Shown here: piece by piece, positions 26,020-32,350 of the stretch | How positions within the stretch are numbered: the first letter of the stretch is position 1 | How the letters are laid out: each line of letters opens with the position of its first letter | Notes under the pieces: model-generated | Databases searched by the model: none | Seen by the model: only the letters and a program-made list of their open reading frames with translations | Told to the model about the DNA's origin: nothing | Source: Lachnospiraceae bacterium | GTDB lineage: Bacteria; Bacillota; Clostridia; Lachnospirales; Lachnospiraceae | Length of the DNA stretch: 32,350 nt | Direction: 5' to 3' | NCBI GenBank assembly: GCA_017463035.1 | Contig: JAFTPY010000287.1 | Location: forward strand, 1 to 32,350 | Made by a program: the position numbers and the translations under genes

Positions 26020-26324
26020 GCAGACCTTGCCTTCTGATTTTTGTGATATCCGCGAAATTCGGTTTAATGGAATGGTTTTCTCTCGTGTTTCGGATGTGAG
26101 GCTTTCTAATTACTCCGGGAAAGCGTTTGACAGAGTGACGCAACCGGTCTTATGCGACATCCATGTCTTATGGCGACCTCGTCCAAACTTCCTGTTTGGC
26201 CGTTGCTACTTGTGAACGGAGTAATAAGAAAGTCTAGACATCCTGCACAAAGTTCGAAAGTCATGCCATTAAACCGAATTTCGCTGAAGACAAAAGGTGA
26301 AGAAGGCAAAGGTCTGCTTTTTTT
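26020..26324 (+). repeat. Roughly 300-nt long imperfect inverted repeat that folds as a rod and ends in a T7 run; candidate structured ncRNA, MITE-like palindrome or oversized rpiB terminator
   Basis: Outer stem: 26020-26035 pairs with 26301-26317 (16 bp, 1 bulge), then TTTTTTT at 26318-26324. Second stem: 26052-26074 pairs with 26262-26284 (23 bp, 1 mismatch). Third stem: 26092-26117 pairs with 26217-26243 (imperfect). Core helices: 26140-26149 with 26198-26206, and a hairpin at 26183-26199. Confidence 0.8.
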
Positions 26325-26333
26325 GTAAAGTTG

Positions 26334-26362
26334 TTGACACATAGTATTGTATTTGTTACAAT
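26334..26362 (+). promoter_or_regulatory. Near-consensus sigma-A promoter for hicAB
   Basis: TTGACA (26334-26339), a 17-nt spacer, then TACAAT (26357-26362). The element lies 20 nt upstream of the hicA GTG. Confidence 0.6.
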
Positions 26363-26382
26363 AGAGGTATATAGGGGGATAA

Positions 26383-26580
26383 GTGAAGAGTTTCTCATCG
26401 AGGGAAGTAATTAAGATGCTAAAGGATGACGGATGGTATGAGGTGAATGTGGAAAGGAGCCATCACCAGTTTAAGCATCCGACAAAGAGGGGACGTACAA
26501 CCATAAAACATCCGGATAAGGATATTCCGCGAAAGACACTTGATAGTATAGAACGGCAATCAGGACTCAGATTCAGATAG
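26383..26580 (+). CDS. hicA: Type II toxin HicA (mRNA interferase family)
   Basis: 65 aa. The motif REVIKMLKDDGWYEVNVERSHHQFKHPTKRGRTTIKHPDKDIPRKTL is typical of the HicA/YcfA family. GTG start with a GGGGGA SD. Confidence 0.85.
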   Translation: MKSFSSREVIKMLKDDGWYEVNVERSHHQFKHPTKRGRTTIKHPDKDIPRKTLDSIERQSGLRFR

Positions 26581-26602
26581 CCGGATATGGAGGAGGATTA
26601 CT

Positions 26603-27019
26603 ATGAAAATGACAGAACGTTATTGTTTTCCGGCGGTGTTTTCCTATGAAGAGGGGCAGGAGATTTCTGTGTTTTTTCCTGATTTGGATGTGGCGACCAG
26701 TGGGGTGAATGATGATGATGCGTTGCTATCCGCCAGAGAGTTATTGGGATGCGTGTTGTTTGGGTTAGAGGAGGATGAAGAAGAAATCCCGGTACCGACA
26801 CCGTTAACAGATGTACAGGTAGAAGAAAATGAACGCTCGGTTTTGATTGATGTATATATGCCGTCCGTTCGTATGGCACGTGTGAATCGTTCGGTAAATC
26901 GGACGGTTACATTGCCTGCCTGGCTTAATGCGGCAGCGTTAGAGCGTAATGTGAATTTTTCGCAGGTGCTGCAGGATGCGTTAAAGGATTTACTCGGAAT
27001 TGGAATTGTACGGAATTGA
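26603..27019 (+). CDS. hicB: Type II antitoxin HicB with a C-terminal ribbon-helix-helix-like DNA-binding tail
   Basis: A HicB-like N-terminal fold (YCFPAVFSYEEGQEISVFFPDLDVATSG) and a C-terminal RTVTLPAWLNAAALERNVNFSQVLQDALKDLL. A GGAGGAGG SD is present. The gene starts 22 nt after hicA. Confidence 0.8.
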   Translation: MKMTERYCFPAVFSYEEGQEISVFFPDLDVATSGVNDDDALLSARELLGCVLFGLEEDEEEIPVPTPLTDVQVEENERSVLIDVYMPSVRMARVNRSVNRTVTLPAWLNAAALERNVNFSQVLQDALKDLLGIGIVRN

Positions 27020-27113
27020 TTTGACTTTTGTTTTGCGGAAAAATATGGTATACTGATTTTATCGGCAAGAGTAAATGCTTGCCTAATATAACAGTATAAA
27101 GAAAAAGGAGATT

Positions 27114-27662
27114 ATGACTATGGGAACTAACAAGTATGCAGGAACGAAGACGGAGAAGAACCTTTGGGAAGCGTTTGCCGGAGAGTCTCAGGCAAGAAAT
27201 AAGTATACCTACTTTGCTTCCGTAGCGAAGAAGGCAGGCTATGAGCAAATCGCGGCACTGTTCTTACAGACGGCGGAGAACGAGAAGGAGCACGCAAAGC
27301 TTTGGTTTAAGGCATTGGGTGAGCTGGGCGATACCGCAGAGAATCTGTTACATGCGGCAGAGGGTGAGAATGCCGAGTGGACCGATATGTATGAGCGTAT
27401 GGCAAAGGATGCGGAAGAGGAAGGTTTCCTTGACCTTGCGGCTCAGTTCCGCGGCGTGGCAGCCATCGAGAAGATGCATGAGGAGAGATACCGTGCATTG
27501 TTACATAATGTAGAGGCTATGGAAGTGTTCAAAAAGAGCGGCGTCACTATGTGGGAGTGCCGGAACTGCGGCCATGTGGTTGTGGGGCTTGAGGCTCCGG
27601 CAGTATGTCCGGTATGTAAGCATCCGCAGGCGTATTTTGAGGTTAGAAAAGAGAATTACTAA
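27114..27662 (+). CDS. rbr: Rubrerythrin
   Basis: Diiron ExxH motifs ([19 protein letters not shown]) plus a C-terminal rubredoxin with CRNCG...CPVCK. An AAAGGAG SD is present. Confidence 0.9.
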   Translation: MTMGTNKYAGTKTEKNLWEAFAGESQARNKYTYFASVAKKAGYEQIAALFLQTAENEKEHAKLWFKALGELGDTAENLLHAAEGENAEWTDMYERMAKDAEEEGFLDLAAQFRGVAAIEKMHEERYRALLHNVEAMEVFKKSGVTMWECRNCGHVVVGLEAPAVCPVCKHPQAYFEVRKENY

Positions 27663-27690
27663 GAAGTATAGGAATGAAAGAGAGACAAAG

Positions 27691-27719
27691 GGCTGCGAAG
27701 TAAATGCGCAGCCTTTTTT
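27691..27719 (+). terminator. Rho-independent terminator after rbr
   Basis: GGCTGCG pairs with CGCAGCC around an 8-9-nt loop, followed by TTTTTT. Confidence 0.7.
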
Positions 27720-27735
27720 ACAGAGGAGATTTTTT

Positions 27736-28914
27736 ATGGCTACTTTGTTATTGGCAGTGATTTATATGGCCTTCATCGGTCTGGGACTTCCGGATTCCTT
27801 ATTCGGTGCGGCCTGGCCGGCAATCTATACGGAATACGGATTACCCTTTTCCTTCGGTAGTTTTGTGACGGTGCTTTCCTTTTTCGGAACAACGATTTCC
27901 AGTCTTTGCAGTGCAAAGGTGATTAACCGGTTCGGCACCAATAGGGTAACGGCCTTCAGTACTGCATTAACGGCGGTGGCGCTTCTCGGGATGTCTTTTA
28001 CAGGGAGTTTCCTGCCGATGTGCTTGTGTGCGCTTCCTCTGGGACTGGGGGCAGGTGCCATTGACACGGCGCTCAATAATTACGTGGCGATTCACTATTC
28101 CGCCACACAGATGAGCTTTTTGCATTGTTTTTACGGTGTCGGTATTTCGGTAAGTCCCTACATATTGTCTCTGGTCTTAAACGGAGATGCGGGATGGCGG
28201 GGCGGTTACCGGATTGCGGTGTTGATTCAGGCAGTGATTGCGATTGTTTTGTTTTGCTCTATTCCTCTTTGGAAAAAGGTACACGGGAAAGAAGGCAGAG
28301 AGGAAGAGGCGGAAGTGAAAGCATTGCCGTTAAAGGAAATTGTAAGGATTCCCGGTGTAAAGGTGATGTGGGGGCTGTTTATCTGCTCCTGCACCATTGA
28401 ATGCACCTGCGGAAGCTGGGGAAGTACATTTCTGGTAGAGCATAAGGGCTTGGCGGCAGAGAAAGCGGCTGGGATTATCACGTTTTATTATGTGGGAATT
28501 GCCGTGGGCAGATTTTTGTCCGGAGTGGTGGCAACAAAGCTGCATAGCTGGACGATTATTAAAATCGGAGAAGTGATAATGGGAGTTGCCCTTGTTTTGT
28601 TATGCTTGCCGGTAAGCGGAGTGCTTCCGGGAATCGCCTTGTTTATGGTGGGCTTGGGAAACGGTCCGTTGTTCCCGAATTTCAATTATCTGACGCCGGA
28701 AAACTTCGGTGAAGAGTTATCGCCGTCGATTATCGGGACTCAAATGGCGGTTTCCAGCATTGCTATTATGACGACACCGGTACTTTGCATTGTATTGGGG
28801 CAGATGCTGGGAATGGGGATTTTTCCGATTTATTTAGTGGTATTTTTTGTTCTGATGATGCTTGCCATGTGGAGAGCAAGGCGTGTATTCGGAGGGCCAA
28901 AGAGTAACGAATAA
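27736..28914 (+). CDS. MFS transporter (12 TM), substrate unknown
   Basis: The ATG at 27736 (MATLLLAVIYMAFIGLGLPDS) follows an AGAGGAG SD, downstream of the rbr terminator. The ORF track's earlier start overlaps rbr and the terminator. The protein is hydrophobic throughout. Confidence 0.85.
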   Translation: MATLLLAVIYMAFIGLGLPDSLFGAAWPAIYTEYGLPFSFGSFVTVLSFFGTTISSLCSAKVINRFGTNRVTAFSTALTAVALLGMSFTGSFLPMCLCALPLGLGAGAIDTALNNYVAIHYSATQMSFLHCFYGVGISVSPYILSLVLNGDAGWRGGYRIAVLIQAVIAIVLFCSIPLWKKVHGKEGREEEAEVKALPLKEIVRIPGVKVMWGLFICSCTIECTCGSWGSTFLVEHKGLAAEKAAGIITFYYVGIAVGRFLSGVVATKLHSWTIIKIGEVIMGVALVLLCLPVSGVLPGIALFMVGLGNGPLFPNFNYLTPENFGEELSPSIIGTQMAVSSIAIMTTPVLCIVLGQMLGMGIFPIYLVVFFVLMMLAMWRARRVFGGPKSNE

Positions 28915-28936
28915 GAGGAATCGATACGAGAAAGTA

Positions 28937-28966
28937 AAAGGGTTAGCGCAATCGCGTTAACCCTTT
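28937..28966. terminator. Candidate bidirectional hairpin between convergent MFS and DUF402 genes
   Basis: AAAGGGTTA pairs with TAACCCTTT (9 bp), plus an inner GCG/CGC helix. The flanking T runs are weak. It overlaps the DUF402 stop codon. Confidence 0.35.
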
Positions 28967-29454
28967 CTGTATGTTTCCACTATTTTTTGATATTCCGCAA
29001 ATTCGCCGGTACGAATGATTCGGAGCAATGTATCCGCTGCATGCAAAGCCAAAGTCAAATCCGTTCCGGTAATCAGCCCCTTTTCGAAGGCTTCCGCAGC
29101 TTCGTCCAAGTCAAGCACATGAACCGAGCCGTCCGGTTCGATGACAATATCAATCAGCAAATCTTCCATTAGGCAGGTGGTGGTATTTGATTCTTTATCC
29201 TCGGAAATATGGACTCTCATAATGTCGCAGTACCAGTGGTAGAGACTACCGTCGGCCTTTGCCACACGAGTGATTTTCCAGTGCTTTTCAAAATCAAACA
29301 GGGAGATGCCGGAGGCAAAATCCGACCGTGGTTTTAAGACATTCCAGGAAGTGACCATGCGAGAGTCGTCCCAAAAGAGAACGGTGTCGTTCTTTAACGG
29401 AACACACTCTTCGGGAATATGACGTTTTCGAAACAATTGAAGGTTAGTGTTCAT
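28957..29454 (-). CDS. DUF402 family protein (FomD/Ntdp-like nucleoside di/triphosphatase fold)
   Basis: YHWYCDIM and DLLIDIVIEPDGSVHVLDLDE are characteristic DUF402 motifs. The protein is 165 aa. Confidence 0.7.
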   Translation of the reverse strand: MNTNLQLFRKRHIPEECVPLKNDTVLFWDDSRMVTSWNVLKPRSDFASGISLFDFEKHWKITRVAKADGSLYHWYCDIMRVHISEDKESNTTTCLMEDLLIDIVIEPDGSVHVLDLDEAAEAFEKGLITGTDLTLALHAADTLLRIIRTGEFAEYQKIVETYRKG

Positions 29455-29652
29455 TAAAATCCCTCCTTTGTAAGAAAAACAGGGGCATTTTGCAAGGTAC
29501 TTTTTGACCTTTTACAAGTAAAATTTGTTATTGACAGTATACCACTTTTTACGAAAAAATGGAAGTGGATTTCGTGGGATAGAGTGTGAATTTTTTGTCA
29601 ATACAATTGGTGAAAACTCTATAAATTTTGTGATAAAAAATGGAGAAAGAAC

Positions 29653-29681
29653 TATACATAATTTGAATTTTGTGGTAGAAT
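29653..29681 (+). promoter_or_regulatory. Candidate extended -10 promoter for the atp operon
   Basis: TATACA, a 17-nt spacer containing TGg, then TAGAAT (29676-29681). The element lies about 55 nt upstream of atpZ. Confidence 0.35.
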
Positions 29682-29736
29682 ATATGTGGTGTTTTTTTGC
29701 TTGTTTTTATCAAAACACCGGACAAGGAGTAAGCGC

Positions 29737-30051
29737 ATGCGAAACAGCAAAATCATCAAAGCCCTGATGCTTGTGACACAGCTTGGAATCAGCATGATGG
29801 TTCCCATATTTTTGTGTGTACTTGTAGGAGGATTTATTGATAAAAAGGCCGGTACCGGCTGGGTGATGCCGGTGTTCTTACTTCTGGGTATAGCGGCAGC
29901 TTTTCGTAACGTATACTATCTGCTGAAGCCTTTTTATGCAAAGGATAAGGCCAGAGAGGATGCGGAGCTTGCCTATATCGAACGCCTGAAGGCGGAAGGC
30001 AGACAGGCGGCGGAGCAAAGAAAGTCAGACCGGTCGGAACGTGGGGAGTAA
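29737..30051 (+). CDS. atpZ: AtpZ/AtpI-family small membrane protein of the F-ATPase operon, with a charged C-terminal tail
   Basis: The ATG at 29737 (MRNSKIIKALMLVTQLGISMMVPIFLCVLVGGFIDKK) follows a CAAGGAG SD. There are two TM helices. It is first in the atp operon. Confidence 0.6.
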   Translation: MRNSKIIKALMLVTQLGISMMVPIFLCVLVGGFIDKKAGTGWVMPVFLLLGIAAAFRNVYYLLKPFYAKDKAREDAELAYIERLKAEGRQAAEQRKSDRSERGE

Positions 30052-30110
30052 ATCGGCAGGGAGGCTGTACAGATAGGGGTAAAACGAAGAAGCAGTGAGG
30101 TGTTCCCGGA

Positions 30111-30620
30111 TTGACAGAGGAAGAAAAGAAAGAGCATTCCGTAGGCTGGCAATATGATTTTGATGAAGAGTACGGAGAGAATAACGAGTTTATGGAAGAA
30201 GCACCGTTGCTGACCAGAGAGGAGCAGGAGGCTCAGGTAAAGCAGACGTTGTGGGATTTGTATGCGGGGATTGCCGTAGCCGGGGTGTTGCTTCTCGGTA
30301 TCGGTAATTTGATTTTAAAAGGGGATTTGTTTTTTTCGCTGGGAGCTTTGGCGGGAGTGATTACAGCGGTGTGTCTTGCAGGTTACATGTATCACTCGGT
30401 TCTTGTTGCCACGGAGTACCCGGAAAAGCAGGCGGCGGGCTATATGAAACGTTCGTCTGCCATACGTATGGTAATTATGATAGCGGTCATCGGAGCTGCT
30501 GTATTCTTTCTCGGAATACACGGTTTGTTCGGGGCGGTTTTGGGAACACTGACCTTAAAGCTGTCCGCGCTGTTTTGGCCCGTCATTCATAAATACAACC
30601 CTTTTACGAGGGAAAAATAA
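30111..30620 (+). CDS. atpI: ATP synthase protein I (AtpI) with an acidic N-terminal extension
   Basis: Four hydrophobic helices, positioned directly upstream of atpB. The start is uncertain: TTG at 30111 with a GTGAGGTG SD, or ATG at 30192 with no SD. Confidence 0.6.
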   Translation: MTEEEKKEHSVGWQYDFDEEYGENNEFMEEAPLLTREEQEAQVKQTLWDLYAGIAVAGVLLLGIGNLILKGDLFFSLGALAGVITAVCLAGYMYHSVLVATEYPEKQAAGYMKRSSAIRMVIMIAVIGAAVFFLGIHGLFGAVLGTLTLKLSALFWPVIHKYNPFTREK

Positions 30621-30664
30621 ATCGCGCTGAACAAGCGTAGAATAAAGGAAAGGAGTGTGATAAC

Positions 30665-31417
30665 GTGGGAACTGGAATGCTGTCGCAAAGTGTGTTTCTG
30701 ACCCAGGAGGTGGATATCGGGATTACCGGTTATTTTCATTTTGAACTCGGCGGTCAGACGCTTTGGATTACGACGACCCATGTCAGTCTTTTGATTGTCG
30801 TGCTTGCACTTACGGTGTTCGCGCTATTTGCGAACAGGGCGATTAAAAAGGCGAATCCGGAGGATGTACCCGGTCCGTTTTTAAACGTGCTTGAGCTGAT
30901 TGTGGAATTAATCGATGGCCTGACAAAGTCCAACATGGGAAAACGGGGCGTACGCTTCTCGAATTATATCGGTACCTTGTTTGCGGTGATACTTGTGTGC
31001 AACATAAGCGGACTGTTCGGCCTGAGGCCGCCGACCGCAGACTACGGCGTGACATTGCCGCTTGCGTTGATTACCTTTGTACTCATTCACTATAACGGTT
31101 TCAAGTACGAGAAGGCGGGCCATGTAACCAAGCTGTTCCAGCCGGTACTGCTTACCCCGATTAATATCATCGGTGAAATCGCAACGCCGCTTTCCATGTC
31201 CCTTCGTCTGTTCGGTAATATTTTATCCGGTACAGTTATGATGGGCTTGTTGTACGGTTTGATACCGAAGCTGATTCAGGCGTTCTTATGGCCGGTGTTC
31301 GGTGTGTTGCATGTGTATTTCGATGTGTTTTCCGGTGCAATACAGGCGTATGTATTCTGTATGTTGACCATGGTATTTATTGCACAGAATTTCCCTGAGG
31401 ACGAAGCACAGGGATAA
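30665..31417 (+). CDS. atpB: F0F1 ATP synthase subunit a
   Basis: The conserved motif LSMSLRLFGNILSG carries the essential Arg. The start is GTG at 30665 (AAGGAAAGGAG SD) or ATG at 30677. Confidence 0.9.
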   Translation: MGTGMLSQSVFLTQEVDIGITGYFHFELGGQTLWITTTHVSLLIVVLALTVFALFANRAIKKANPEDVPGPFLNVLELIVELIDGLTKSNMGKRGVRFSNYIGTLFAVILVCNISGLFGLRPPTADYGVTLPLALITFVLIHYNGFKYEKAGHVTKLFQPVLLTPINIIGEIATPLSMSLRLFGNILSGTVMMGLLYGLIPKLIQAFLWPVFGVLHVYFDVFSGAIQAYVFCMLTMVFIAQNFPEDEAQG

Positions 31418-31443
31418 GTAACATCACAGTGTAAAATTTTTGA

Positions 31444-31728
<285 letters not shown>

Positions 31729-31763
31729 GAAGCTAACGAATAAATCATAAAGGAGGCCGGAAC

Positions 31764-32345
31764 GTGAACGGACTTTTAACGAAGTGTTCCACCCTTGCTT
31801 TTTTGGAAGCAGAGGCGGAGCCTAAGATGGAAGGTTACATTTTCGGACTCAGCCCGCAGCTTTTATTGGATTCTTTGATTTTACTTCTGGCAGTCGGCTT
31901 TATGTTTTTCCTGCTGTCCTATCTGTTGTTTAATCCGGCGCGCGACCTTTTAAATAAGCGTCGCGAAAAGATTGCAAACGAGATGGCGGATGCGGCAAAG
32001 GAAAAGGCGGACGCGGAAAGTTTTAAGGCAGAGTATGACGCCAAGTTAAAGGCAGCGGACAAGGAAGTTGAGACAATTCTCAGCGAGGGCCGTAAGAAGG
32101 CATTAAAGCGTGAGGATGAAATTGTAAACGAAGCAAAGGCGGAGGCATCCCGTATTATGGATCGTGCCAGCCGTGAGATTGAGTTGGAAAAGAGCAAGAT
32201 GAAGGATGAGGTAAAGCAGGAAATGGTAGCGGTGGCAACCGTGATGGCAGGTAAGTTTGTGGCATCCTCTCTTGACAGTGAAAAGCAGGCGCAGTTAATT
32301 GACGAAGCATTGAATGAAATGGGTGATGATACATGGCAAAATTAG
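31764..32345 (+). CDS. atpF: F0F1 ATP synthase subunit b
   Basis: GTG at 31764, 7 nt after an AAGGAGG SD. A single TM helix (LLLDSLILLLAVGFMFFLLSYLLF) is followed by a long charged coiled coil. An alternative ATG lies at 31827. Confidence 0.85.
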   Translation: MNGLLTKCSTLAFLEAEAEPKMEGYIFGLSPQLLLDSLILLLAVGFMFFLLSYLLFNPARDLLNKRREKIANEMADAAKEKADAESFKAEYDAKLKAADKEVETILSEGRKKALKREDEIVNEAKAEASRIMDRASREIELEKSKMKDEVKQEMVAVATVMAGKFVASSLDSEKQAQLIDEALNEMGDDTWQN

Positions 32346-32350
32346 CGGCT
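32332..32350 (+). CDS. atpH: Probable 5' end of ATP synthase subunit delta (truncated by the window edge)
   Basis: An ATG overlaps the atpF stop in the expected operon position. Only 6 codons (MAKISG) are visible. Confidence 0.3.

Noticed and set aside
26020-26324. Identity of the palindrome as SRP/scRNA, RNase P RNA, tmRNA or 6S RNA
   Set aside because: It has no GGAAGGAAGCAGC-type SRP domain IV. There is no GAGGAAAGUCC P4 motif; only a loose AAGAAAGUCU is present. It has no tRNA-like CCA end or tag ORF. It is also about 100 nt longer than a typical 6S RNA, and its core is not an open central bubble.
26018-26342. Two ORFs on opposite strands (65 aa + and 78 aa -) that both contain EIRFNGM
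   Set aside because: The shared peptide is a direct consequence of the 23-bp inverted repeat. There is no SD and both are unlikely to be coding.
27574-27735. N-terminal extension of the MFS ORF (track start 27574)
   Set aside because: It overlaps the rbr 3' end and reads through the rbr terminator. The ATG at 27736 has an SD and begins the first TM helix.
29525-29767. 80-aa ORF in the atp promoter region
   Set aside because: The region is AT-rich intergenic DNA. There is no SD, and the ORF overlaps the better-supported atpZ start.

Overview
This is a chromosomal segment from a low-GC Gram-positive, spore-forming bacterium, probably Clostridia or Lachnospiraceae-like. The evidence is GGAGG-type ribosome-binding sites, lipoprotein signal peptides, and cwlD, mecA and atpZ/atpI genes. 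I see no rRNA, tRNA, CRISPR array, transposase or integrase. There are three blocks.

(1) 332-19286: an AraC-linked carbohydrate-uptake locus. It holds two CUT1-type ABC importers with no ATPase gene. These are followed by a divergent GH10-like lipoprotein and a cytoplasmic GH3 enzyme. Between the two permease pairs sits an unexplained three-gene module. It encodes a secreted NHL beta-propeller/TPR protein with a C-terminal membrane anchor, a Yip1-type multipass membrane protein, and an 855-aa lipoprotein of unknown function. The first binding protein is a 975-aa membrane-anchored giant with a duplicated CBM-like module. I consider this operon the best candidate for an undescribed system.

(2) 19345-26011: housekeeping and sporulation-type genes. 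They are mecA, a soluble Hanks-type Ser/Thr kinase fused to what looks like a degenerate ParA/MinD-like domain, a GH18/SH3 hydrolase, cwlD, sua5/ywlC and rpiB.

(3) 26020-32350: a roughly 300-nt imperfect palindrome that may be a structured RNA. It is followed by hicAB, rubrerythrin, an MFS transporter, a DUF402 gene, and the start of an F-type ATP synthase operon (atpZ, atpI, atpB, atpE, atpF). The c subunit carries the complete Na+-binding signature.

All family assignments come from motif recognition by eye. No searches were run.
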